A stretch of 64,000 nt of DNA from Guillardia theta CCMP2712 (Eukaryota; Protista; Cryptophyta). The stretch is taken from NCBI RefSeq assembly GCF_000315625.1, contig NW_005434618.1:83038-147037 (forward strand). Direction: 5' to 3'. The translations under genes were made by a program, and so were the position numbers. This document shows positions 1 through 13,040 of this stretch, piece by piece (positions within the stretch are counted from its first letter, which is position 1; each line of letters starts with the position of its first letter). Under the pieces are notes generated by a model. That model was not told the DNA's origin and did no database searches. It saw only the letters and a program-made list of their open reading frames with translations.

Positions 1-189
1 TCCCTCCCTCATCTCCCTGCCTCCAGCTCGCTATCCTCCTCTCCTCTCTCGATCCCTCCACATCACTAGCCTGCCCGACGTGTTGTTCTCCCTCCCTCCT
101 CTTGGCACTTCCAGACATCTGCAAGTGCGTCTCCTCCTCCTCCATCATCATCACCACCACCACCATCACCATCTCCTCCTCCTCGTACT

Positions 190-234
<45 letters not shown>

Positions 235-316
235 GCTCCTGCTGCTCCATATGATCAACGGCTGCTGCTGACAGGCGGGGCTCCTTTTGCTTCACTTTAT
301 CACTCAGTTATCACTC

Positions 317-3300
317 CTACTCCTCCTTGCCCTTCGCCGGCTCCGCGAAACTCTGCCAGTACCTGAGGTTGCTACGAAGTTCTGCAGGTGAAGTGAGCCA
401 CCGAGGAGAGAGGAGCAAGGAGGAGGAAGGGGGGTGGGGGGGGGGAAGGGAAGAGAAGGGTAGGGGAGGAGGAGGAGGAGGAGGAGGAGGAGGAGGAGGA
501 GGAGGAGGAAAACCTGGTAGGCAAATTTCTCCGACGACAGGTAGAAAATCCTTCATGATCTTGAAAAGAAAAAGATAAGATGAAATATCACGGAGCAGCG
601 GCAGCGGCTGAGAAAGAAGACAAGAGGAGGAGGAAGAGGAGGAGGAGGAGGAGGAGGAGGAGGAGGAGGAGAACTGAAAAGAAACCTGTGGAGAAAAGAA
701 GAGAAAAGCCAGATGCAAGGAGCAAGAGGAGGAGGAGGAGGAGTGGAGGAGGAGGAGGAGGTTGAGTAGAGACTGTGGAGAGCAGGGCAGGACTGACCTC
801 GCACGAGTCCAAGACGATAAAGTTGATGAAACCGATCTGAGTTGTGTGCGTGGATGTGTTATGTCGATTACAGTTGGGAGAGACCGGAATCCCGAGCTCC
901 TGCGGCAAACGTGAGTACGGGAACGGGGGGAGAGAACGAGGAAGCAGGAGAAGCAGAGCAGATGAGATCGTCGGGGGAGCAGAAAGGGAGAGGAAAGATA
1001 AGAGGAGGAGGCAGCGAGAAAGGGGACAAAGAGGCGAAGAGGAGTAGGGAGCAGACCATTTCCTTATCCCCTTGCCTGCGGCAACATCCAGTCAGTGGAG
1101 GAGGGAGGAGGAGAAAGGGGCAAGGGAAACCTGAAGAACTCCTCCATCACTCGCTCCGCCCAGATCTTGGATAAGTACTCACACCGCATCGGGTTCGAGA
1201 TGTCTGCCGACCCAACATGTCAATACGAGGAGCTGACCCCTCAACGAGCAAGCACCGCAGAAATGCAGGACAGTCGACATAATGATCTCGGTAGAGTCCT
1301 GCCAGGCCTCCATATCGCGTCCCTGACCCCACACCGTCATCCCCGACCCCCGTCTCTTCCTCCTCTCCCCGGGCAGCAGCAGCCGCACCTTCTGCTCCAG
1401 CAGCGTTCGGAAGGACGCCATGTGCGTGAAGTGCTTCGACATGTCTGTGTCGAGCACCATCTTGATCATCATCCTCCTCACCTCCGCAAGCTGCAGGTCC
1501 GACAAATTCTGTGAGCCGACTCGTCAGCAGCAGCCCAGCGGCGGCCCAGCAGTACGCACCTCAAAAATGTTCATGCCGGGGTTGGCAAAAGTCTTCATGA
1601 ACAGGGTTGAGATGTGATATTGCTCCTGTGAACTTCATCAGTGCCGTTAAGTTGACGATTGGCAGCCAACCTGTATGCTCTCGTCGTTGAACGACAGCGC
1701 CCTCTCCGATCTTCGACGGAAGGTAAGCATGAGAGGAGATGGATGGATAAGTGGCAGGATGTCCATGGAAATTGTGGGAGCGATTGACTAGTAAGGGGGT
1801 AGTAGAGAACATGATAATGATCATGTAGGAGAGGAGAAGAAGAGGAGTGGATAGAGGGTGAAACAGAAGCCTCAAGAGTGAGAACCCCACCTTGAATTCT
1901 TGTGGAAGTTGTTGTTCAGACCGTCATGCCCCATGTCATGTACAATCGCCGCAAGCAACCTTGGAACAAGTTCAGCTCCCCTTCAAAGCCTCCAGCAACA
2001 CTTACATCGACAAGACTTCAATCTTTGCAAGATACTTGGACGCCCCTCCAACAGTCAAAAAGTAGTTGACAGCTTGCAGCACGTCCGCTGCATGTGTAGC
2101 TGCCGATGATACATCAGGCATACAGTCATCACAGCCCCTCACTCCCATTTCATCACACCTGAATGGTACGGGTTGTCCATGTACTGAGAAGCCACAAAAT
2201 TCAGCCATTTCACAATAACGTCATCGGTGGTGTGGAAAACTTCTTGTATATCATGTAGATGACTGCCAAACAGTTCAGAGAATATATCAACATGGGCTCT
2301 CGGGAAGCATCGCACAGATTGCAGCAAGTCAAACACGAGAAATTTCACACTCCAACTACTCACAGTATGTGCCATCCCAACGTCTGCAGCTCTTGCCCGT
2401 GCGTGAGCTCGCGGAATTTCCAAACGTCAAAATCCCAATCGGACACCTGGGACGCTACGATCAACCAAGAGAGCGAGCGGAGGAGGAGGCCGTACATGCT
2501 TGAGGGCCTCGCAGATCTGCATCCTCTCATCCTCTGTCACCTACACGAAGCCATTCGTCATCCAGGACGGCTCGACGACGCCGGCAATCACCGTCATCAC
2601 AGTGTTGGCGCAGGCTTCCTCGGGGGTCGAGAACTTTGACTCCTCCGATGTCACGTGCTTCTTTGCCGCTCTCTTCATCTTGATCGCGAAGCAAATCCCC
2701 TTGCTCACTGACTTGAGCCGTGGGACGCGCTTCGAGGGCCCCTGGTTGGTGAAATTCTCTCGTAGCCACTCAAGGATGGCCTCGTCCTGGGTGAGAGAGG
2801 GAGTGATGCTGTCGTGTCTCAACACCGTTGGCACAGACATCTCTCCTCTTGACTGCAATACTCGCAGGACATACCCCAGCAGCGTCTTGTTCTCCGAGCT
2901 CAGTTGAGGCGTCTTGAAACTCTTGGGTCAGTCCTCCCCCTCTCGCCCGGCCTCCACCGTACCTGCATCAACCGCTCGATCATCGCCGCCGCGTCCTCCT
3001 CCGGGGACAGCTGCTTGTGGAATTGAGCGTTCAAGGAGAGAATATTGACATCAGGAAGGCTGCCCGTCCTGTTCAACCTCACAGGGTTCGCAGTCTCAAA
3101 GTTCTCCTTATCTCTCCAGGAGTTAGATCGGATTAAGCCCTCCCCGCCCGGGTCAGACGCCGTGCTGTTCCTCTCCTTTCTACGTTTTCGTGTCTCCCCA
3201 TTCTCCATGTCATGGTTCCAGGAGAAGATCCAGTTGTGCAACGAGCTGCTGAAGACTACCGCCGCAAAGACGAACCCCAACGAAAAGGTGAAGGCATGCA

Positions 3301-3478
3301 GCCATATGGTTTGCGGTGAGACATCGTCCACCGCAAACGAGATGACACCCATGCAGGTCGATGCTCTGGCGACAATTGGAGTAGACGATGATGTGCTATA
3401 AAGGAAAAGGTCAACATGGCAATGACAGAAGCACTGCAAGCTCAAATCTATCGGCTCCAGCCTCTTCGCTCCCTTCAC
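317..3478 (-). CDS. Class I 3',5'-cyclic nucleotide phosphodiesterase (multi-exon), with an N-terminal hydrophobic segment and a PDE1-like pre-catalytic motif
   Basis: Minus-strand exons read YMDNPYH, HAADVLQAVNYFL, LLAAIVHDMGHDGLNNNFHKN (~1905-1960, HDxxHxGxxN signature), MVLDTDMSKHF, ELGIPVSPNCNR..TQIGFINFIV and ELRSNLRYW..stop at 317. Start codon uncertain. Confidence 0.92.
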
Positions 3479-5215
3479 ATCACAAGCTCAACAGCTCAAG
3501 ATCCTATCTCAACTTTGTTCTGCATCTTGTTGCGTCCTAGTTGACATGATTGCAACAGGGTGATCGGTCCAAGCTTCATCGCATCTCTCTGACTATTCCG
3601 CTTGTTCAAGGCCAGAAGGGGTGGTGCAAGAGGCTAGTTGCAAACAACGTTCTCCCCAAACTTGCAATTTGCATAGTGTCACTCCTTCTCCTTCATACTC
3701 TCACTTTTCAAAATCCCTATCAATCATCGCCCCATCGCTCTACCCCATCACCCCTCCCCTCCCGTTGCTACATGCTTGCGCCTGGGGAGCACCGCTCTAG
3801 TGCTTTGACGTGCTCCACCATGATGGGCATCGCTCTTTCTCTCTCCCTCCTCCCCGACTATCTTCCATCAATCTGCTCTCCTCTCTCCCTCCTCTCCCTC
3901 CCTCCTCTCCTCGCCATGACTGCTCTCCTCCGGCCACCGCTCCTCCTGCCCCAGCTTCAGCATCGCCCTCCATCGTACCCCACCCTCCCATCCTCCACCC
4001 ATAGAAGGCAATAATGTACCCCATGCCTCGTAGCGCTACGACCCCTCTCTACGACCAGGGGTACCACCCTACCATGAAACGAGTTACGACCCTACCCTGC
4101 ACATTTTACGGTCTCATCATCGGGTCAGATAATCACTACCCCTTCTTATCTTCTCATGTAACCACAAACTACCCCCTTCCTCGTCCTCGAGATAACCCCC
4201 ACCCCCCTTTTCTACCTCATTGACTCCTTCGATGGGGGGGTGGGGGAGGTGGGGGTGTGTGCCGAACAGGGATTCAATTGATGGGAAGAAGGAGGGGTGT
4301 TCTTCCTGCACTCCCTTCCTGTAAGATGGGAGGAGGGACGGGGGTGTTCGGGGTGTTGGGATACCATGAATCACATATTGATACACTTATAAATTCCTCC
4401 CTCTCAAATCAAATGGTCAGTGGTAACTTCTTCCCACCCCCATCCCTCCCACCCCCACCCCCCGACACAGAATAAAAATTTGCCCATGATCACACTTTTT
4501 AGCTTAAAAGCACTTGCACTCAATTCATTTTACCCCTTGGTAGGAAAGGGTTTTACCATTTTTAATATCTCTTTTATACAGAGCGCACTGAGTACCCGGT
4601 GACTTTTGTATCAAAGATTGGGTACTTGTTGGGGGTGGGGTCATTCATGATATTGAACATCATTCTTTTTGATTTTGTTCCTGTCATCGTGTAGTAAAGT
4701 ATGTTACCTGGATAAACGCTATGGGCACTATGCGTACCGTATTTGAGTGATCGAGTCGTCCCTGCGGAAACTCCGGGAGAGCGCCCGGCCGCGCCGGCTC
4801 AAGCCCCGGCCCGCCGAGCGGGCCGACGGGTGACGGCTCAGCTAGTTAGCCTCCGGCGCCGCCGCATGAAGCTGCTTTTGACTGAGTTGGTATCCGTGAA
4901 CATGGGCAACTACCCTGCCCGGCGGCAAGTCACAATCCCGCGGGACAGCCGATCATGATCCCGGATCGGCCGAGATGACTGAGTCAATGACACAACGGTG
5001 AACGGTCTCCGTCACATAGTCCGGAGGCTGTTGTGGTGAATGATGACAGCAAACTGACATTGCAATGATCGTGAACTCAGTGCATTCTTCTCGACATAGA
5101 AAACCTTTAGAGAGGAAGGAAATAATACAAGGGCCGGAGCCAAGTTGAACTTGGCAGGCCCCATCCGAGGCTCCACTTCGAGGATGAAAAAAATAAGAAG
5201 AGGAGGGAGAAGGAG

Positions 5216-7190
5216 CTACTCGTAGAACATGTAGAAGAACCAGCCTATGAAGACGAGAGTGACGCCTACTGATGCCCAGAAGATCCTCCAGCGGCGAGGG
5301 AGCCTGAGGAAGCGACTGAGAAGTTGGAGAAGCGACAAGGGACAGATCATGGTGGCATCAAGAATTGACGTGAGGAGGAAGGTAGAAAGCATTACAGGAA
5401 AGAAGCAGGCGGAGGGAACGTCTCGGAAAGCGAGCAGGGCATATCAAGAGAACATGACCACCAGAGGATGAGGAGGGAGCATGAATCGAGGAAGAACGGG
5501 CAGGGCGGGTGATACATACCAAGTCTTCTCGGCATTGGCGTCGACGGCACCATATTGGGGAGGATATTCACCCTACATAAGTATGGTCAGCGATCCGAGG
5601 GGAGGAACGGTTGTGTTGGACCTTGAGACTAGCTTCATCCCTCCATCCATCCTTGCCCGTTGCTTCGGCGGAGACAAGACCTGCAGGGGAGGGGGGGCGG
5701 TAAGGAGAAGCGCAGAGCCGGGGAAGGTTACGGATCTACCAGCGGGGACGATGAAGCCTCTCTGCTGGTGGACCTTTGGGATTAGGGACTCCCGCTCCTC
5801 GGTGCTGGGAAGTCTAACGGGTCCGTCGTGCGCTCTGAAATCCACGGAGGAGAAGCCAAACTCTTGGTCAGAGGGCGAGCTCGTCTGCCAAGACAGAAGT
5901 CAGGGACTTCCTGGGAACTTCAGTCCTCCTCACCGGTCTGCGCACAGCCCTATTTTCCACAGTGACGCGCACGATGAAGCACGTCGCCGAGTTGCGCCGG
6001 AGGACGCTCGTGCTGTCCTCGGCCTGTCTGACGAGGTTCGCTGCTATCTCGGAGCAGGGGGGTCCCGTCCCAGCTGGGTCCGGCAAGATGACGAGGTGGA
6101 TGTGCAGCTCATGAACACGATACCAGGAGGGGCCCGGGTACAGCTCGTCGAGCTGGAAGCGATAGATCGGAACCTGCAAGCTCGAGCTGATGCTCTGTAG
6201 CAGCAGCCTCTCGTAGTGAGACCGACGGCCGAGGTTCGTGGGATCCCCGACTGTGTCCTCCCCGCCGTTCACTTTGTCCCACTTCTCGTTGATGATGATC
6301 GTAATGAAGACGGGGCTGCGAAGCAGTCAGTCGGCAACCCAAACTTTCCCTCCCTCACTTTCCCTCCCTCACTTCCTCCCATGCCTCCCCTCACCTGTCC
6401 GTTGTCCTCACGCAAGTCCTTCCAAGCGTGTCCTCAACATCGTTGATGAAGATGTTTTCGTAGATCTGCGAGATGTGCGGAGCTGCAGAGCACCGGCCTG
6501 GGGTCGAGAGAGTATAGAGGTCGGGAAACGGCTTCACATAGATTGTTGAGGCCTCCTGCCTGTGGGCCTTGTCCGCCCAGAGCGAGACTTCTTCCTCCGG
6601 AACGTGCTGCTGGCGGCCTGAAGCATGCTTGCCTGTCCTGATCTGCTCTAGCTTGTGCAGCCCATCCTCGGAGAGATGGGAGCGAGAGCTGTCAGGCCGG
6701 AAACTTTCATCCCCATGCTTGTCTGCAGCAGCCTGATACTCCCCTCGGCGTTCGATTCGCTCTCGCAGCTGCTGTGCTCGAGACTTCCTCGGGGCTGAAA
6801 ACTTGGATTTTAGAATCTCGAGCTCGGCGTGAGCAGGGAGCAGCTCGTCATAGTGCGTCTCGTGGATGTCGGAATCGATTCCTTCCTGGTGATACGAGTG
6901 AAGACGATCTTTGCTTGCAGCCTTCAGTTCAGCTTCAAGCCTCCTGTCCAGCCAGTCTAACGCCTCCGAGGTCCTCTTACTCTCCGTCTGCAGCCTCAGC
7001 TCCTTGCTCGCGAGGTTTGACAGCCGGTCGGATGCCAAGAGCTCCTGGCTGTTCCTGACGATACTTTGCTCTTCGTCTCGCAGACCAACTGGAGGCAGCA
7101 GTCAGACGCACATGCAAGTCAGACGTCTGCCTCCGCTCACCTAGGCTTCGCGGGGAGTGAGGGATTCCTCCGGCCTGCCTGGAATGCGCC
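5216..7190 (-). CDS. Hypothetical tail-anchored membrane protein: coiled coil, SEA/FAZ1-like globular domain, C-terminal TM helix
   Basis: ORFs 6391-7038, 5868-6272 and 5573-5845 appear to join through GT-AG introns. The last exon reads WLPRRWRIFWASVGVTLVFIGWFFYMFYE* (TAG at 5216-5218). Confidence 0.6.
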
Positions 7191-7475
7191 ATCCTCTATT
7201 TCATCCTGCCCAAAGCGATGAGAGGTCGATGCGATATCCAAGGCCATTTGATGGCAACGTGAAGACATTGGAAGGTTGCAAATATTTAGAGGGGGGTAGA
7301 GGATACAGCTCGAGCTCTACTAGACTGGTACATGAGAGGAAAACGAGTGTGGTTGAGTTGTGAGCTTTCAAGGGCATGGAGAGATACAACGACATCCATG
7401 AACGCAAGGAAGGGTGAAATTACCATGGCAATACGGAGAGCATGAGCAGGATCAGGAGTGGGAGCAAGATATAGA

Positions 7476-7661
<186 letters not shown>

Positions 7662-7935
7662 TAAGTTAGGCACTTCGATCTAGGAAGCTGCCATGCCGGT
7701 GTGATCACCCCGACCCCTTGCAACGAATCTGATCTATTGTCACCCCTTATTTTTACCATCTATAACCCCTCATTTTCTAGGGTTATTGAAGTACCCACCC
7801 GTACTCCATGTGAAACGCCGGTTCCTATTTCCGTCTTGCGAAATCAGATCCGTTACACAAAGGTATCATATCCGTTGCAACGGTTTCTCGGTGACGGTTT
7901 CATTGTTCGTTACACTACCCGAAGAGTCGCGGCCA

Positions 7936-10773
7936 TGGCAGGCAGCAGAATGCCATGGCGGGAAGCAGCGGCGACGGCGGGGGCGATGGCGATGATGGTG
8001 TTCATGGTGATGAGTGTAAGGGAGGGGGACAGGGTTGTGCAGCTCCTCGAAGGCAGGGGCTTGCGTGGTGAAGACCTGAAGCTTGCCAGACTGATACGGG
8101 AGTCCCGAAAGTTGGGGGTGACTGGAATCCCGAGCTTTCCTCCTGGCGCAAGAAGCACGAAGCTGGATATGGACTACGGCAACGATGAGCTCCCTATCCC
8201 CACCCTTGAGCCAGGGTCATCTACTCCTAACCTCCCTTTTCCAAGTCCCTCGAACGCATGGCAAAGGAGGAGGAGGAGTTTGATCTCGAACATGCTTACC
8301 ATGGACTACGGCGACGACGAGCTTCCTATCCCCACCCTTGAGCCAGGGTCATCTACTCCTAACCTTCCTTTTCCAAGTCCCTCTAACGCATGGCAGAGGA
8401 GGAGGAGGAGTTTGATCTCGAACATGCTTACCATGGACTACGGCGACGACGAGCTTCCTATCCCCAATCTTGAGCCAGGGTCATCTACTCCCAACATTCC
8501 GTTCCCTCCAGGCTCGGGCGTGGCTGACAAGGCAGGGCGCATGCAGTCTTTGGCACAGGAGGTGGACAATTCCGGCGAGGCACTCGACAGGGCAGGGGTG
8601 AAGGTCGGAGCAGACCTCAGCTCTGTCAACTCGCACGAAGATGATCGATATGTAGGAGCACAACATGTCGCTCCTTCTGTTGCGTTCAAGGGGAAGCTCA
8701 AGAAGACACAGTCTCTGTATGCTCCTGCATGGTCACCGGACTACTTGGAGCCATACCGTCATCCTTCTTCAGAGCAGAGTGCATGGCAGTGGATGAGTAA
8801 GGCAAAGAAACAGCACAAGAACGACCTTGCAGTCGAGGACAAGGAGGCTGCTGATGCTCAAAAGTCTCTGGATGAGATTGTGAGTGACGTTTGGAACAAG
8901 AAGATTGAAGGCCAGGGCATCGTGGGTGCGCAAACGAAGGCCAAACATGAGAAAGCTGCGGCAACAGTCCCCGAAACCAGCAAGTCAGTGGCAACCAAAG
9001 AGCTGGGAAAGCCAGTCGCTGCAGCACAGAAAGTTGCTCAGGCCACGGGGTCTGCCAGCAATTCTGTGAACCCTCGATCCCACGCAGCCTCTGGCAGACC
9101 TGAGCGAACGCAGAAGCTTGTTTCTTCCTCCGTTCCCACCAAGCAGTTTGCATCAAGTGGCAAGAAGGGAGCTGCCCAGGAGACATCTGACAAGCCTCAG
9201 ATGGAGTTAGAGAAGCTCGAGCTTGCGGAAGACATCCTTCATCACAAGACTCAAGCCAAGGCCAACAACGTCCTCCATGCGTCTGCGGTTGCGAAGCCTG
9301 ACGTGGCCGCCTCAGTAACCAAGGGCGAGCATCAAGTCTCGTCGGCGAAGAAGGTGAAGCATGGCTCTCTTGCGCTGCCAGCCGTTAACGATGACTGTCC
9401 TCTGCAGGAGTCGCACCAGCAAGCGCTGTTCGCCCATGGCTTCGGCACCACCAACCGCTTCCAGGCTCAACCGTTGAGCGCGTCCAAGAATCAAGATCGC
9501 CACGTGTACGGCTCTGACGCAGAGGCGGGTGACGTGGGCCATCCCACGAGCTTCGACTCTATTCCCCTCGCTTCCCCTTCCACCTTCATGTCTCGAGTGG
9601 CGGCGTATGAGCCTTCGGGAGTGAGTTCGGAAGAGCGCGTCCGTTTGGATCGCGAAGTTTACCGTGGGCAGGTAGACAGCAGCAGAGGCGATACATCGAC
9701 CTGGACTGACGCCTTCCCAGGTGCTGGCAGCATGGCGCAAGTACGAGCACGGACTCCAGCAGTGCATGGAGGCCGAGTCGACGATCGACCCGACCCTCAA
9801 GGACTACAGCTGCAAGGACGTTTCCAAGGGCTTCAAGTACCTCAGGGACTGCATGCAGAACCACAACTTCGGCCTACAGGACGTGGGAGGAGTCAAGCTC
9901 AAGTTCGTCGGTGACGAGAAGGCCTGGAGTGCCCTGCCGAAGCTCGTGCAGTACACCTACACGCTTCCTACGAAAGACTACGAGAAGGTCTACAACGTTC
10001 TCAGTCAGAGCGCCATCTTCGGCACCCTGTGGAACATGGAGAGACTCCATGCTCGCTGCGCGGCCACCGGCAGCACGGAGGCTCCTGGGCCGAGCCGAGC
10101 AGCGGTGATCAGCTCGATCGACAGGGACGTGAGGGGATACGACGAGGCCATGCGGAGGCTGATGCCGGGGACGCCGACGCAGCAGAGAGGGTACGACATC
10201 ATGCACAACGGATACAACGGCATGGTGTGGCATTACCCGGGGGTGGCTCGAGGGGTTTCGAGGGGTTACTGGAAGATTCCCAGCTCGTCGAGAGAGGTGG
10301 CTCCCTCCGCCTCCAGAGCCTCCCTCCCCTACTGGCGGGAGGTAGCTGGAAACCAGCCCACTCTCGGAGGGCTCCGCAGAGTCCAGCCGCGCGCGAGGCT
10401 CAACCCGGACACAGCTGGGCCTGCTGCCTTCCCGACGCGAGTGAATGGGAAGCGAGTGCACCCAGCGAACCCTCGGCCATGGCAGGCGAGCAAGGGAGCG
10501 CCGGACCCCTGGACAGGCTACTACTGGACCGGGCCCGGGAAGTTTGACATCGTGCCGGAGAGTCACCCGGTGACGCAGGCGATCTCAGGGTACAACTACC
10601 CGACCACCGCAAAGCCAGCTGCCGGCCTGCTGTGCGTGGAAGACGTGGAGTGCCCGCAGATGAGCGTGTGCTCGAGTGCTGGGTTCTGCCGAGCGTGGGG
10701 GGGAGACGACGTATGGCACGTCCCTGCTCAGCACGGCCTATGGCCCGCAAACTCCAGCCCTGACTGGTTCTAG
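7936..10773 (+). CDS. Signal-anchored/secreted protein with 44-aa tandem repeats and a C-terminal 4-Cys module (putative peptide precursor)
   Basis: ATG 7936 followed by hydrophobic AAATAGAMAMMVFMVMSV. A 49-nt intron at 9672-9720 (gtagac..ctgac..ttcccag) joins ORFs 7701-9914 and 9721-10773 in frame (RGQ|VLAAWRKY). C-terminus contains CVEDVECPQMSVCSSAGFC. Confidence 0.8.
8169..8505 (+). repeat. 132-bp coding tandem repeat, about 2.5 copies
   Basis: Units start at 8169, 8301 and 8433 and encode MDYG(N/D)DELPIPTLEPGSSTPNLPFPSPSNAWQRRRRSLISNMLT. Confidence 0.97.
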
Positions 10774-10783
10774 CCGTGTACGA

Positions 10784-13040
10784 TTAAACTGAGAACCTCG
10801 TGGTTAGGGAGCCTGCAAGGGCCTCGAGCGTCTCCATGACGTTGTCCAGCCCCAGCAGCACCTCCTCCATGTCCAGTACCATCCCTTCCGTCTCCCCCAG
10901 CTTCTGCGCAAAGTAGTCCCGTACCTCCAGCATCTGCTGGATCGTTAGAGGGCGGGCGGCCAACCCCTCCCCACTGACCTCGTACAGACTTTCCACTGCC
11001 GTCGCCAAGCACGCCGACTGCTCCTCCTCTGTCGACAGCAAGGCTTCCACGTCCTCACGCGCCTGGGGGGGCTCAGTAGCGCTCGGGGAGCTGCGTCAGG
11101 CACCTCGAGCACGAGCAGCTTCACAGCGCTGGCGCAGCTCGTCGCCGCTTCCTTCAGATGCTTGGAGCTCGTGTGCTCCTCCACTGCCTCCCTCCTGTTC
11201 CTCCGGAGCATCTCCGCCTCCTTCCTCCCTTCCTCTACCTCCCGCTGCAAGCTTGTCCTCTCCTCCCCCCACCGTCTCTCTGCCTCCCTCTTGCTCTTCC
11301 TCAAGCCCTCCATCTCCCTCTCCTGCTCCTCCAGCTGCCGCACAAGGCCCATCCTCTCCTCGCTCCACCGCCTCGCTCGCTCGCTCATCATGGTCTCAGT
11401 CTCCATGGCAACCTGGACGTACTCGCGGCTGGAGGCGAGCTCTTGGAGAAGCACCTGCCGCTCTTGCTTCCAATTCACCTCCTCGGCGAGACGCTTGTCG
11501 AGCTCCCACTGTGACTTGCGATTGCCCTCTGACCTCTCATACGCCATCGCCACGTGCAGTTCTCTCTTCGCAGCATCGAGCTCCTGCAGCAGCCGCACCA
11601 CAGTCTCGTTCTGCTCCTCCTCCTTCTCTCCCGCTCTCTCTGCCATCCGATCGCTCGCAATCTGCTTCAAGTCTCCGAGGATCTCGTTGGCCTGCAGCAC
11701 GAGGCATCAAGGCACCAGGCTGACCAGCTCCTCCTCCTCTCCGCACCTCCTCAAAGGCTTTTCTCAGCTGCTCCTGAAGCCCCACGGGAGTCTCACGTCT
11801 CGAGTCCGCGAGCTTGACGCGACTTGACCCCTGCCGCTCCTTCTCAACGAACCACAAGATCTCTATGAGCATCGTCAGTACTCCCAACACCTGAGCCAAC
11901 ATGTCAGCTCCCCCCCAGCAGAGGCGAGCGAGGACCAGGTCTGACTCTTCGCTCTCGACGCCATGAGCCGACTGGAAGGAGTGCAGTCGTGTGCGCGCTC
12001 CTGTGAGACTAGTCAGCGAGGATGAGACAAGTGCGCGAGGAGACGTGCCGAAGATAAGCTGCATCCTGCGAGGAGCCGACGGGTAGAAACAGACTCAGCA
12101 GCTGCCAACGTCTTTCACCCTCCCTCACCTCGCGACATCGTTGGGCTCCGAGCCTCTCGACCGCAGCTGCGACAAGATCTCGTCGCAGTCGCAGCTCAGC
12201 AGCCTGTGAAGCTCCACCACGTGGTCCAACGTTCTCCTTGCTCCAGCCAGCGCGAGCTCGGGGCCGTCCCTTGCCTCTCAAGTGCCTTAGCGACAAGATG
12301 GGCAGATAGGTTCTCACCTCGACAGAAGGGGGAGGTCGCAACAAATCAGCAGAACAAGCGACTGACCATGCGGTCAACGGGAACTTGTGGAGATGTCAGC
12401 TTACCATCCAGTCTCTCAACGTTTCTGCTGCTCGTGTCAAGACGCTCTTCTGTCCTGCTAGACATCTCCAGTTGCTTGCGCAGTATCTGGATCAACTTGG
12501 TTTTCTTGTCTTGGTCTTGCGCCTGCGTCTGCTGCTTCACATAATCTCGCCGAAGGCTCTTCTGCAGCTCCACCACCTCCTGATCAAAATCCCATCGGAA
12601 CTGCTTCAAGGTCTTGCAGAGCTTGTACGAGTGACGTTGGCATTGCGCGATGCTGTCGAGCGAGACTTTGGTCTTCATCTGATAGGAGTCGAGCTTCTGA
12701 GCAAGAGACTGAATCTTCAGCTCTTTCTCGTTCAACAGCGTCACGATCTCATCTTCGAGATGTCTTTTCAACGAGGAATGCAAGTTGTCATGACCTTGCT
12801 CAACTTCTTGCTGCATGATTGAAACGTGTCTGAGATTGCTCCTCATCCTACTCTCTCCGCTCTCCGTTGCTTGCCGGCGACAAACAGGTCAAGGAATCAT
12901 TGTGTTCTACAGGTCGTCCTATTAGCTCAGGCCCTGCATGAGAAGCGTCATCCAGGCAACTGGCTCAATGCGCAAGGCATGATCTTGTTGCTTCGCAAGA
13001 AACATCCTCCACCTCTGCTCTCCCTCCCAAACAACTCCAT
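10784..13040 (-). CDS. Hypothetical coiled-coil protein (multi-exon)
   Basis: E/R/K/Q-rich heptad ORFs 12346-12846, 10945-11700 and 10784-11050 separated by short intron-sized gaps; 5' end uncertain. Confidence 0.6.

Noticed and set aside
80-804. Poly-L/H/G/P/S/R ORFs
   Set aside because: Translations of intronic or 3' microsatellites around the PDE gene.
317-3478. PDE (HD fold) as the cognate hydrolase of the synthetase
   Set aside because: It lies 44 kb away, is a typical cNMP PDE rather than a SpoT/Mesh1 HD domain, and eukaryotic linkage is weak evidence.
7701-7935. ORF-track 5' extension of the 737-aa ORF
   Set aside because: Starts at GTG in promoter-like sequence; ATG 7936 directly precedes the signal anchor.
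8169-8505. Repeats as a CRISPR array
   Set aside because: In-frame coding tandem repeats with no unique spacers and no cas genes; eukaryotic context.
9672-9914. Apparent frameshift between the 737-aa and 350-aa ORFs
   Set aside because: Explained by a canonical 49-nt intron.
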